DNA of 64,000 nucleotides, taken from Vicugna vicugna (Eukaryota). Below are positions 52,351 to 64,000 of this stretch, piece after piece; position 1 is the first letter of the stretch, and every line of letters begins with the position of its first letter. Location: assembly GCA_013265495.1 (NCBI GenBank), contig MU058824.1, positions 5,048,691-5,112,690 on the forward strand. The letters are read 5' to 3'. Made by a program: the position numbers and the translations under genes. The notes under the pieces were generated by a model. It was not told the origin of the DNA. It saw only the letters and a list, made by a program, of their open reading frames with translations, and ran no database searches.

Positions 52351-54623
52351 TTGTGCATTCATACAACAAAATAAAATCAACCACTGTAAATATTCAAAAT
52401 TTATATAGCATTTATATTATGACTGAGTAATTAGTAAATAAAGCAGATTAAAACGTAATATATACAGTACTATTTTATAGGAAAAACTATAAGAAATAAA
52501 AAACTAAAAGAAATATCAGTGTGTAAAAAATACCTCTAGTTGACAAGACTGTAAGTAATCTTTATGTCCTTTTGCACATCTGTATTTTCTGAACTTACAA
52601 CATAATTTTTAAAATTAAAAGCTACTATTTTTAAAAGGTGGTATAAAATTTAATAGAGTATTTCACAGTTTCTGAATTATTCAAAGGAAAATTCCTTTCC
52701 CAAAACAGGACATGCTGCAAGCTAAAAGTCTTCCTTTAGAAGGACCCTTTAAGTTTTTTAAAACTATATCCCAAACATGGTTATCATAGAGACAAAAGCT
52801 TATTAGCACAGTCACATTAACTTGCAAAGACACGTATCTGAGATTCTGTCTTAATGTTTATTTAAAAAAAAAAAGGTTATTAGGCATCTATTATGTGCCA
52901 AGCAAACACTAGAGATACCAAAATAACCTACACAAGTGCCCTCACGAAACTTAAAATCTGGACAGAAATGTATACTTCTCCCTATAACACAGTATAGGTG
53001 ATGCAGTTTTGAAAAAGAGGAATGTTTGTTTAACATACAATCAGGGATGGACTGATGGACTTCTAGCATGACAGTGTGAGGAGCTCCACAGATTTATTTC
53101 CTAGAGAAATTGTATATACTAAACAAAAAATACCATTTAAGATCTCTGGAAATGGTCCTAAAGGCACACAGCAAATAAAGAAACATATTCAAGAAAATAA
53201 ACTTTAAGAACTGCCAATTTCTATTGTATTTGAACCAAGACCCACTCCCACCACCATCCCTAATTCAACAAGACAGAAACTCCATCCCAGACTAAAACAG
53301 CTAAGAGCAAAGCACTAAGAATAATACAAGCAACTAAGCCATAAACAAGAACGTCAATTGCTTTTCTTTTCACCTGCAACTTGGCCTACAGACACACAAG
53401 AAAGTTTTCCTTTCTATTTTTCTGAAGTCGTAATTGTTCTAAGGTTAGTTATTTCTGAGCTTATTGGAAAAATCTTGCCATTTTTGCTTAAGCAATATAA
53501 GATACAAAATATAAATCAGTTGAAATCATAAAATAGCAATAACAACAGTATATGTGAGTATCAGTAATGTAAACAGTCAAAATTAAAACTGAATAAAATT
53601 TAATTAACTAAAACAAGATACCATTTAAACAAACAAGACAGAAAACAATTAAAAATTAGGAAATTACCAAACGTTGGCAAAAATGTGCAGGAAAGACACC
53701 TGAGACATAGCCAGTACGAATATAAACTGGGACAACCTTTTTTTTTAAACAAGCAACTTGGCAGTACTATGAAAGGTAAAAATGCACATACTTTTTGACC
53801 TATTCCTTAAATTCTACTTTAAGGAATTTATCCTAGACTTATACAAAGCTGTTCATTACAGCAGTGTATCAAAATAACTGCAAACAACCTACATGTCAAT
53901 CAATAAAGGATTGCTTAGATAATTTATGATATAAAGCAGCTGTTGAGATCAGCAAGACAGATCTTAAAGAATACTATGAAATTACATCCAAGATAATATG
54001 CTTTGGTTTATACAAAACTATGTATCACCATATACACAGTACATAGAGTATGACCCAAATTTTGTCAAAATAAATTTCTCAAAAAGAAATGTCTTGTGCC
54101 CAAACCAAGACACAAGAAAGTTAACAGTGATTTATTTCCAGGAAATGTAAATGAACAAAGTAGGAAGAGAAACCATCCACATTTCCATACTATATGAATT
54201 TTTACAGTTAGCATATTTTTTGTAATTTTTTAAAAATTACTTTTTAAATTACTATTCTATTTATTAGTGCCATTTCAATGTTTCAGTTGACAAATCATAA
54301 GATATACATTCACTTCAAGACAGTAAATGTTAAAATATCAAAAGAACAAATCATGGATATTCTCTAACAAGCAGGTATTTCATAAGTCATTATAATAGTA
54401 ATAAAAAAAATGAAGAGAATGCTTTTAGTGTGGATTCTTTAATGAGCACCATTCTAGAGTCTACTGTGCACCATTCCTGAGCTGGGTGTTACAGGGAATA
54501 GAGTAGAAGACAGAATGCCCCAAAAGGAGATGCTAGACAAAAAGAGTAGTAAGACAACTGGCAAACAATTTCACACAGTTTGGTAAAAAGTATTAAAAGG
54601 TTTTAAAATCTAATCAGACTTAC

Positions 54624-54747
54624 CAAAAGGCAACTCAAATCTTGTATCAAGCAAAATTTTATGGGGAGTTGGGTTTTTAGTTCCACAGATCTCATCATCT
54701 TTCATTAATGTCTCTGCCTCCAACGTGGACCATTCCCCAGGCCCTTC
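54624..54747 (-). CDS. UNC13B: UNC13B exon 5 (124 nt), [41 protein letters not shown]
   Basis: TAG acceptor and GTAAGT donor; recognisable Munc13-2 sequence, phase consistent. Confidence 0.97.
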
Positions 54748-55506
54748 CTAGAAAACAGAGATACAAGATGAAACTTTACTCTCTCATGACTCCCCTCTTG
54801 GTTAAGAGCCAGGTGTTTTTCTCTGAATTTCCTTGCTCCTTAGAGAGCTTCTGAGGGCCACTCACATATCCTAAGTAGGCAAACACATGACTGTCACCTT
54901 CCTCTGCTGTATGTGGCTTCGGTTCTCCTCCTTTGGTGAACAGCAGTTTCACTGTGCTTAGTTCTCTGCCAGTCCACTAAGGACAGAACTTCCAGAGCAC
55001 CAAACTCAAAAACAAAGCATCTCCATGGATCAGTATTTAATTGTACAATTCTTAATGACTGTGTCACTGTGACACAGTCGCTACTGCTAATCACTAAAGA
55101 GCTACTAACATTACTAGTTAAGTTGACCTGACCTGGGGCCACAATGAAAATAGTCTAAGTGTGTTTCATGGGAAATGATGCTGAGTTATGTTCTAATCTG
55201 ATAAAGTGGAATGGAAATTCAGTCTTGAAAACAGTGTATTGAAACAGTGTGAGTAACAATTGCCAAGCCTGTAGTTCCTTACACTCTGTTAGGGTTACAT
55301 GTGGAAGAAGGAAGACCGAAACCAGTTTCCTGGGGATAGGTGACTCAAGGGAACAAAACAGAGAACAGAACCCAGCCAGCCAGCTGAGGAAGTTTAATTA
55401 ATGGAATTCCTCTCAGAGCAGTGTCTTAGAGGGGAATGCAGAAGCCACAGGTATCCTAGATCCATCTCTCTGTCCCTCTGTCTCTCTCACACACACACGG
55501 ACTGAC

Positions 55507-55624
55507 CTCATCCGACTGACGAATTGTCTTCAGTGCAATCCACACAGTCCCCACCATGGTGTCCCAGATCAGTCCTTTGTTCCATACCTCCACACTCAGA
55601 CCCAGGTCCAGGCGACTAATCTCA
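55507..55624 (-). CDS. UNC13B: UNC13B exon 4 (118 nt), [39 protein letters not shown]
   Basis: TAG acceptor after a pyrimidine tract, GTCAGT donor; C2A sequence in frame with exon 3. Confidence 0.97.
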
Positions 55625-58600
55625 CTAAAGGAAAAAAGAAAGCCCTTTAAAGAAAACCAGGTAATATGAAAGAAACAGTTATATCTCCTGTTTTGCTAAA
55701 CCTATTTAAGGTCCTCACCAGGATCCTGTCATCAGGAAAAACCAAAATGTCCCAGATGCTGCAACCACTCTTTAGGCTCCCAGAAGCCTATGTAAGGTGC
55801 CCACAGAAAAATGCCTGTCAGTCTGTCCCCTCTCCTTTGGCGCTACAATCATGGTTAGACTAATACACAAGAGGCATGAGGCCAAGCAATGAGGGTATTA
55901 TTGCCAGGAGTGCCTGCCTATAATCTCCTCCCTTAAGCAACAGTTTTATATGCTTTATTGTTAATGCTAACACTGCTCCCAACGTATACCTATGGATTGT
56001 ATACAAGAAACTTTCAGGAAAAGGCAAGGCTTCCTTATAAGATATATGAAAGAATCCAAGCAGAAATAAAAGGGCCCCTGAGAACATCTAAGTTTGATGG
56101 GAACATTTGGTCAGAGGTAGTTGAGGGACACTAGAGTATGCTAATTCACACCACTCAGCCTCTGGAGAACCCATTAGTCATTATCAGTTAAAGTAGGCAC
56201 TGTCACTTATAAACAAAATGATCACAGGATAATGATAAACACAATGACTTTCCTGTAATAACTAGGAAAAAATTATTTGAACAGAAATTATTTCAGAAAG
56301 AGCCAGATGACCACTAAGCAAAAGCAGAGTGTTATGTGGTAGACTATCAGCTTGGAAGGGCTAACTCAAACATAACTACAATCTTAAGGTAGAATAAACA
56401 AACACTTAATGCTGAAAACATTCTCCAGAAAGCGCTTATGGAAATACAAGGTTAACTGAGGGGAAATGCAAGAAAGAGGAAAAAAGGTCAATTCCTTTTT
56501 GGAATTGCAGAAAGGTAGTCTCAGGAAAACAACAGCTATTCGTCACATGTAGAAGTTTCAAGTTTGTGCTTTAGAGAAAGCTCGGCTTCCCTGTTGTACT
56601 ACTAAGATACATATTCTCAGATTCACAAGTTTGAGATGTGGTATTACAACCTCAGAATTCATATCAAGTGTGTTGAACATAAGTGAAGCAAAGAAAATTT
56701 GCCCCTTTTATGTAAATAGAATAGAGAACTACTGAGTTCATCTGTTCTTCTAATTATTGCTCCCTGAGCATGTACAACAAATACGGCTTGGTGCTCTGGG
56801 GAAGACACACAATATAGGACCCAGTTTCTATCTCTAAAAACTTCTAAGTTATCTGGAGAGCTGTTCAAAGACACATGGCAGGTGACTAAACCCAGCCACT
56901 AGGTTAGGGTGTTCACAGTGGGGAAACAAAGCCTTTGCCATAGTTTCATTCAGCTTAATCAACTGATTAGCTTTGGGAAATACTTACAACAATTTCAAAT
57001 CTTTTGAATCTAGAAAATAAAGATTACTTGGGAATACATACGTAATGTTCCCAAACCAAGTTCTAAATAGCATCTCCAGCCAATAGCTAAAACAAATTGC
57101 CAGAGGTCTTTACAGCCTGACTTGGACAAATAAAGCAAATTTGTTTTTCAAGAAACTCTGGGGATTGAGGCCCAAACAATGAGGACTTCTTCCATAAGAA
57201 GCCTCTTGTCTACATTTGCTCAGATGGCACAACTAGGGGAGGAATCAGAGTTCTGTTTATGCCTCATCCCCAGAGCTCTGCAGAGGTTTCTTTTCTCTAT
57301 CAATTAACTCAATCAACAGTGTATGTGCACACATGTATACAAGATTCTGCACTAGGCAAAGTCACAATAAGTGAAGGTGCCCTCCTTGCCCTTATGAGAT
57401 GAACAATCTAGTCCTAGAAATAAGACACAGAAATATTAAAGTTCAATGAGAAATACCAAAGTGAACATCAGGTACTATCACATAATACATCAGGGAGAAA
57501 AAAAAAGTAGAAAAGGGCACAAGTGACCAGTAATGGAGCTGCCAGTGATAGAAGGATAGGGTGGGAGGAATAAGAAACAGGAGTAGGAAGGTGGAGAACG
57601 TAGTTAATAAAACCCACGTGTAAAACAAGAGAGGACAAAATTCACACAGCATCTCAAGGTGGGAAACAGAAGAAAATTCATACATGTCACAGCAGGGTTG
57701 AAAGGGGTAAGTGCTATGGGAAACTGGAAAATAAACACATAAGAATAAAGCTACCATACTGATGAGAGATGATAGAAGACTGCTATGTTACACATGCTGG
57801 GAAGAGTTTTAACAGTAAGTGAATATTACAGCCAACTGGAAGTTGGAAGAAAGTAGAATCACTAGGTTTATTATATACCACAGCCAGAACTGTGGTGTGG
57901 TGAACACTGGCACGGGAAGAGACTTGAAAAGACTGTTCATAGCTGACTTTATACGAGTGAAGAGAGAAACACATGGCCTCACTCTGATGTCACTGTAACT
58001 GAGGGAATGAATGAGGTTTACAATCTTGAAAGAGAGGCAACCAGTGAGGAATCTGACACCACTGGCTTCTTATTAAAGCCCCAGTTCTCCTTCAGCTTCC
58101 AGGACACCACTATCTCATTTCTGCTTTTTCCTATTTGTTCATTCCTTCTTTGCCCGCTTTGTCCCCTCATTAAATGCTCTTGCTCTCCAGGCTTTCCTCA
58201 CCCTGCACACTCTCCCTAAGCTTTCTCATCTATGCCTATGGCTTCAAGTGACCAAAATATTTCTCCAACTCAAGACTTCTTCCATGAGTACCAGGTTCAA
58301 GTTTCTTACTATTTTTTGTAAATTTCTTCCTACCTGTCCTGTAAGAACCTCAAATATAAGATTTTCCATAACTGATTTCATATTATCTCCTATCCTAATG
58401 GATAGCACACCCCCCACCCAATGATTCAAGACTTAACTCGAGCTCCTTAACATTTTCTATCCATTCTTTTCTATCTATCCCTTCTGTTACTGTCTTAGCC
58501 CAAATCCTCATAATCTTACCCTTTAACTACTATAATAAAGTTTCCAAATGTCAATAAAAGCAGTAGTATATTTAAAGCTCATAGGATTGGGATGTTTCCC

Positions 58601-59517
58601 CATAAAAAGTCATCCTATATCTCTCTGAGATGCAATATAAACTTGCAAAGCAACTTCACTTCAATCTCAAATTTCACAGCAATTTTAATACATTTTCTTG
58701 TTTGACCCTCTTGGGCCCACCTTCTCAAAAAAACAAGCATAACCTTGAAAGAGACGGTAGACCTTTACAAATAAGGAAACTGACACTCAGAGAAACTAAG
58801 TGATTTGTCTAGCCCTTCAAAATAATATTCTACATATTTTTCCCCTTTTCCAGGGCAGGAAAAAAACTCCTGAAATTTAAGAGGAAAAAAGGAAATATCA
58901 AGTTTTTAAAGTCAGGGCTTACAATCTTAATATACTAAATTTTGTGTCATATGTAAGCAACTCTACTCATTTTTATGAATTAGATGAAGGTAGGACATTT
59001 TATTCAATAAAGTGAAAGGATTATAAGCACAAATCCTCATCTTCAAAAGCAGGTGACCTGGGTACACAAACAGAATCTCTCACATACATAACTACATTCC
59101 CTCAAGGAGTCTTCTGAGAATCAAAAAAATATTAAGTTACATTTAATATCATGCTAAGTATGTTATACTATGCTTAATTCTGACCACTGGGAAAATCTGA
59201 CGAGGTAGTATTTTCACCCACGTACAAACTAACTGGGAGTTTACTTGCATTCATAATTTACCTCTAAGAATAGATTTCGAATCGGGAGAAAACAAAACTG
59301 CAGATGTATTTCACCTACCATAAACCTCACTTGTTTATCTCTCTAGTTTTCAGAAAGAATATTTAACATGCTATTAAAAGATGTTTTTAAATATTTAACA
59401 TATTTTGTAAAGCATAGATATACAAAAAATCTTTAGGCTCTACTTGTTTACTCCAATGTGATCACCGTGGAAAGATTATCAAACACTGTAGGCGTGCTGC
59501 TGCTGCTAAGTACTTAC

Positions 59518-59617
59518 AACATAAAATCTTGTTCCCAGGAAGGTTGATCGCCACGAACTGCTACAGTCGTGCTCTTCACATTTTGCACTTTCAGGGTCAC
59601 ATATGTGTTAAATTTGT
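59518..59617 (-). CDS. UNC13B: UNC13B exon 3 (100 nt), [34 protein letters not shown]
   Basis: AAG acceptor and GTAAGT donor; translation is the Munc13 C2A domain. Confidence 0.97.
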
Positions 59618-61914
59618 CTTTGAAAAAAATGCAAAACAAAGATGTAATACTTAGTGCTAAGATTGTTCCCCAATCTCACAAAGCCCTTGGAATTAAGTAA
59701 TGTCCAAATTACAGTATTACATGTAGAAAAAAAATGAAACTATATATTGTACAATATAGCATCACTCTAAGCATAGAGCTATAAAAAATTATAAAATACA
59801 TACTCTTCTCAAAAGCATAGTCTATAACAGTGTTTTTCAAATTTAAGAAATATATTTTATATTTGACCATTGGATACACAAACACACATATAAATGAAAA
59901 CAAAAGCTTGATGAAATGTAAAATGTGATACATTGATATTTCCTCTTCTAACTTATTTAATTAAAATATTAATCATAACCAAACAAACTGATTTTATAGC
60001 CCACCTGCAGACTGAAAAAATAATCTAATTAATATTGTAGGAAAGATATGTAAATTTAATAAAATGTAGAAATAAAAAAAGTGGTAAAGGATTGCGGAAG
60101 AGGAAAGAGTTACCTCTCACTGTTGACAAGGACAAGAATTGAGGAAAAATCCTCATAAAGGAAGTAGATTTCAAGCTTGCTCTATTCAGGTTGGCCTAAA
60201 AGCACAACTTACATAAAAAGAAGTATTATCCCAGAGTTGGGAAAAGGAAATTCTCTAACCTAAGAGTTTAAGTTGAATACTAAACAAAGGTAGGTGGCCT
60301 GGAACTCAAAATTCAGAAATTTGACCTACTGCTTTACACAGTACATTTTGTATCCACACTACTACCTTTGCGTCAGCCATGATTATTATGTAACTTTATA
60401 AAATGAAAAAAAAGACTACCAGGTTTTTTTTTTTTACAAGACTATCATTTTTGATTCAACAAATTGTCAAAGATTGCTTAAAATGATTACCTAATGTTAG
60501 AAATGTGAGAAAATGTTAGAGATGTCATGCACCTTCTCTTAAGTATCATTAAAAATTATGTAGTTGTTTTTTTTTTTAACCAGTGGGGAGAGGTGAGGGA
60601 GGAGGCGCAATGCACGAAAGAAAAAGGGTTACTATGGGATTGTATGAAATCATCTGTGTGAAACTTTTGAAAATTATAAAATACTATAGAATTTTTTAAT
60701 TATGTTAGCTTTATACTTAGGCATGGCAAGTTTACCACAATTATACCAAAGATCAATGAGGATATAAGCCCACCCACATGAGGGAATCCCCATCCATATC
60801 CAGTAGTAGCAATGCAGTAGACCACTGGGCGACGTTTTTTATCACAGGAGTTTGTAATCCATTCCCTGTATCCCACCGTAGCTGACCAGACCCACAGTAG
60901 ATGCCACCCAAAAGCAGCCAGCAATCCATGGGCTGGCCCAAAGCTGAGACCATTATGATTCCCTCTCAAAAGATTTGAAACAGGGAAAACCAAGAAATAG
61001 TAACAACTGACTGGTGCTGAAGCTAGGAGAGTCATATACATTCCTCTGAAGCAGCCATTATGGGCTGTGTGCAAGACAAGCATGAAAAGCCAGCTGGAAG
61101 AGAAAGGAGAGCAGCACAGATTCACCCGGAGCCAATGGAGAGAGTAGTAAGCTCAGAAACTGCTTTAGTTCCAGTTATACCCAAAGTTTGTTTGGTTTTT
61201 TAGATTTTCTTAGGTTCCCAATCATTGTTTTTTACCCCCAGTAATCCCTAGTACCCTCCTTTTGCCCTAGAAGAAACCAAACTAAGTCTTTGTAACTTGA
61301 CATTCACAATTAAAGAAATGTGTATTAAACAAGAAGATACCATTTTCACCTTCACATGGGCAAAGGTTAAAAAGTTTCATATTATCTAATGTTGATAAGG
61401 ATTTGGGAAAATAAACACTCATATACTTTTGGTCTAAGCGTAAGCTAGCAAAAACTTTCAGAAGCACAATCTGGCAGCAGCTATCAAGTTTGTTTAAAAT
61501 ACATGCCTTTGGCCTAGCAATTCTCTGCTTCTCAACTCAAGTGTACAGATACATTTACAAAAGCAGGCAATGATAAATGCACAAGAATATTTATTGCTTA
61601 CAATAGAAAAAAAAAGCATATGACCTAAATATTCAATGAGGGACCTAGGGTGCAACAAAATTTTGTAGAATACCTTAAAAGAAAGAACCAGATATATGTA
61701 CACATACACAAGAAAAGAATTTCATGATATGTTGTTGGAAAAAAAGCAGGTTGCACAAGCTGATCCATTAGTGTATACACGCACAGACACAGAAAAAGTC
61801 TGAAAAGGTATATAAAAACTTCAAAACAGTTACTTCTGAGAAGAACTGAATTGGCCAAGAAGTAAGAAGACTTAACTTTTCACTAAATAGACACAGACAG
61901 ATTTTTTTAATGTT

Positions 61915-62250
61915 TTACAACAGCACTGATTCTTTTCCAACTTTACTGTGGTATAATTGGCAATTTAAAATTGTATAAATTTAAGGTGTACAACTTGATA
62001 ATTTTATATACATATACAACATGAAATAATCACCACAATCAAGCTAATTAACATTCATCACCACCTCCCAGTTATCATTTTCTCTTGGGGAGGGAGGCAG
62101 AGGAAGGTGTTGAGAACACTTAAGATCCACCCTCTTAGCAAATTTCAAGTGTAATACTTGTTAACTATTGACACATTTTTGCACATTAGATCTCCAGAAA
62201 TTATTTATTTTGCATAACTGAAACTGTGAACCCCCTGACCAACATCTCCC
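61915..62250 (-). mobile_element. L1 3'UTR fragment
   Basis: TTTAAGGTGTACAAC...CACTTAAGATCCACCCTCTTAGCAAATTTCAAG...CATTAGATCTCCAGAA. Confidence 0.7.
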
Positions 62251-62393
62251 TATATTGCTTTTTAATAATTTAATGAAGCTAGTGAATTTAATTAAGTGAA
62301 TAAATCAAATGAAATTCATGCTTTTTTGAAAGACTGCTCTTAATTCATAGCAAGTATGGAGAGAAGGACATAATAATTAAAGGCCAGCCTTAC

Positions 62394-62423
62394 CTGGTGA
62401 ACCCTGGAATTTGGCTCTTTTAA
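62394..62423 (-). CDS. UNC13B: UNC13B coding exon 2 (30 nt), (V)KRAKFQGSP(D), start of C2A domain
   Basis: Minus strand reads polypyrimidine tract + CAG|TTAAAAGAGCCAAATTCCAGGGTTCACCAG|GTAAG; matches the remembered ubMunc13-2 N-terminus MSLLCVRVKRAKFQGSPD; phase joins exon 3. Confidence 0.93.
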
Positions 62424-63387
62424 CTGTAAGAGAGAAAAAAAGAACACCATGAAGAATTTTTGCAAATTAATTTATTTAACCAGCATTTCTTGAGTAACTA
62501 CTATGTGCCAAGATTAGACTTAAAAATCTAGCCCTACGTCTAAGTCATTAGAGAAAAAAAGCTGGGACTTCTGATCAAAGCTTGAAGGCAGAGAGTTAGA
62601 ACATCCCTTAAAAGTAATCCAATTTAATCTCATACTCAATGCAGAAATCTCTCACAGCCTCCTAACAAGGAGGCAGAGGGAACTAAATTACTCCTGTGGC
62701 AAGCAACCAATTTCATGTCATATATCTTTTAAGGTTTAAATTATCTATGTTCTTTATTTAAAACCCAACATAGAAAATTCCCTCATTCCATTCAGGCTAA
62801 GAGAAGGGCACAGCAGGCTAAATCTAGACAATAGGTTTTAAACAAGAGTGAGAAGTAACTTCTTTCTGGGAATAAGCAGATCTCAAGAATTCCTTTCCAA
62901 ATGATCACAAAGAACTCTGTTTCCAAAACCTCAGTGGAGAACTGCAAAAGATAGAATCCCACACTGGGACTCCAGCATGCTATCTCTTAGGAAAGGTCAA
63001 AGACTATACCTGCAGGAAAACTGCTAAGCTCTAGAAAGCGTCAGCTATCTTTCTGTCAATGATGATTAGGGCTAAGTGCCAAAAGGTGGGGGGGGTGGGA
63101 TTCCAAGACATAATGCCTGAAAAAGATACTCAGAGTACAGATCTGCCATTCTCCTTGCCCTGCATTACAGCTGAAAGCTCACCTTAGCTGACATCCAAGC
63201 CCTGCTTTTTCCAAGAGATGGGTGATTCAGTACCTTTGACAAGGTCCTCTCTATTCTCCTCTCCACTAGCAGCACTTAGTGCTAAAATCTATTTGTTTTT
63301 ATTGAATCAAAATATGTCTCCTCTGGACTGCCCCTTGTGGTCTCGTGTCAATTACCCTTTCCAATTATTCTTCAATAATTTCATTTA

Positions 63388-63697
63388 ATTCAAGATTTAC
63401 TGTAAAAGCTACAGTAATCAAGACAGTGTGGCAGGGGCACAAAAATAGACATAGACCAATAGACTAAAATATATATACATATAAATATATAAAATCGACT
63501 GTATAATGTTATTATAAAAACATATATCCTTATCTCATACCACATGCAAAATCTAACTTGAAATGAATTACTACTAGAACTAAATATAAGAGCTAAAACT
63601 ATAAAACATCTAGAAGAAAACATAAGAGAAAATCTTAATGACCTTGGGGGGTGTTAGGCAAAGATTTCTTAAACTGGATACAAAAAACATGACAAAA
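63388..63697 (+). mobile_element. L1 ORF2 fragment
   Basis: AAAGCTACAGTAATCAAGACAGTGTGG...AAAACTATAAAACATCTAGAAGAAAACATAAGAGAAAATC. Confidence 0.75.
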
Positions 63698-64000
63698 GCC
63701 CACACTTCCTGCAGTTCACAGCTTTCTCCCTGCAATACAGTATTAGTACTAAATCCACACCAACTGAACCAGCTAATGCTTCAATTTATGCCCACACGAA
63801 CCAAAGCAAAGGAAAATTCTGAAAAATATAGTGATGTGCATAGAGTAAACAAAACCAAGTTGCAAACCAGTAATATATATCTGATTTCATTCATGCATAA
63901 ACATTTCTGAAAGTCTTTAAATATCATTGCTAAGCTTCCACTTTATTTCATATCTATTTATCAAAACTTAAAGGGAATACTGATGAAGTATACGTAACTA

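Noticed and set aside
60700..61125. 141-aa minus-strand ORF
   Set aside because: No recognisable protein; the region looks like an old LTR-type relic that I could not assign confidently.
62424..64000. UNC13B exon 1 and promoter
   Set aside because: No MSLLCVR-coding sequence or CpG island seen; it should lie beyond the window.

Overview
AT-rich mammalian genomic DNA, most likely camelid (inferred from several vic-1-like tRNA-derived SINEs), lying inside the UNC13B (Munc13-2) gene on the minus strand. Seven canonical coding exons (2-8; C2A domain plus following linker) were read with GT-AG boundaries and consistent phases; exon 1 was not found and should lie beyond base 64000. The main feature, absent from the ORF track, is a giant in-frame coding exon from 6588 to beyond base 1 (at least 2195 codons). 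It encodes clustered PxDLS (CtBP/RIBEYE-type) motifs, an aromatic-rich module, repeated short amphipathic motifs and an internal 38-aa duplication. Also present: a 36-nt cassette exon with neural splicing motifs, a candidate 66-nt stop-containing exon, an RFX X-box with nearby donor sites, a 35-bp perfect hairpin whose loop is copied from 1.9 kb away, and many L1, L2, MIR, LTR, DNA-transposon and SINE relics. Repeat boundaries and subfamily names are approximate, judged by eye.
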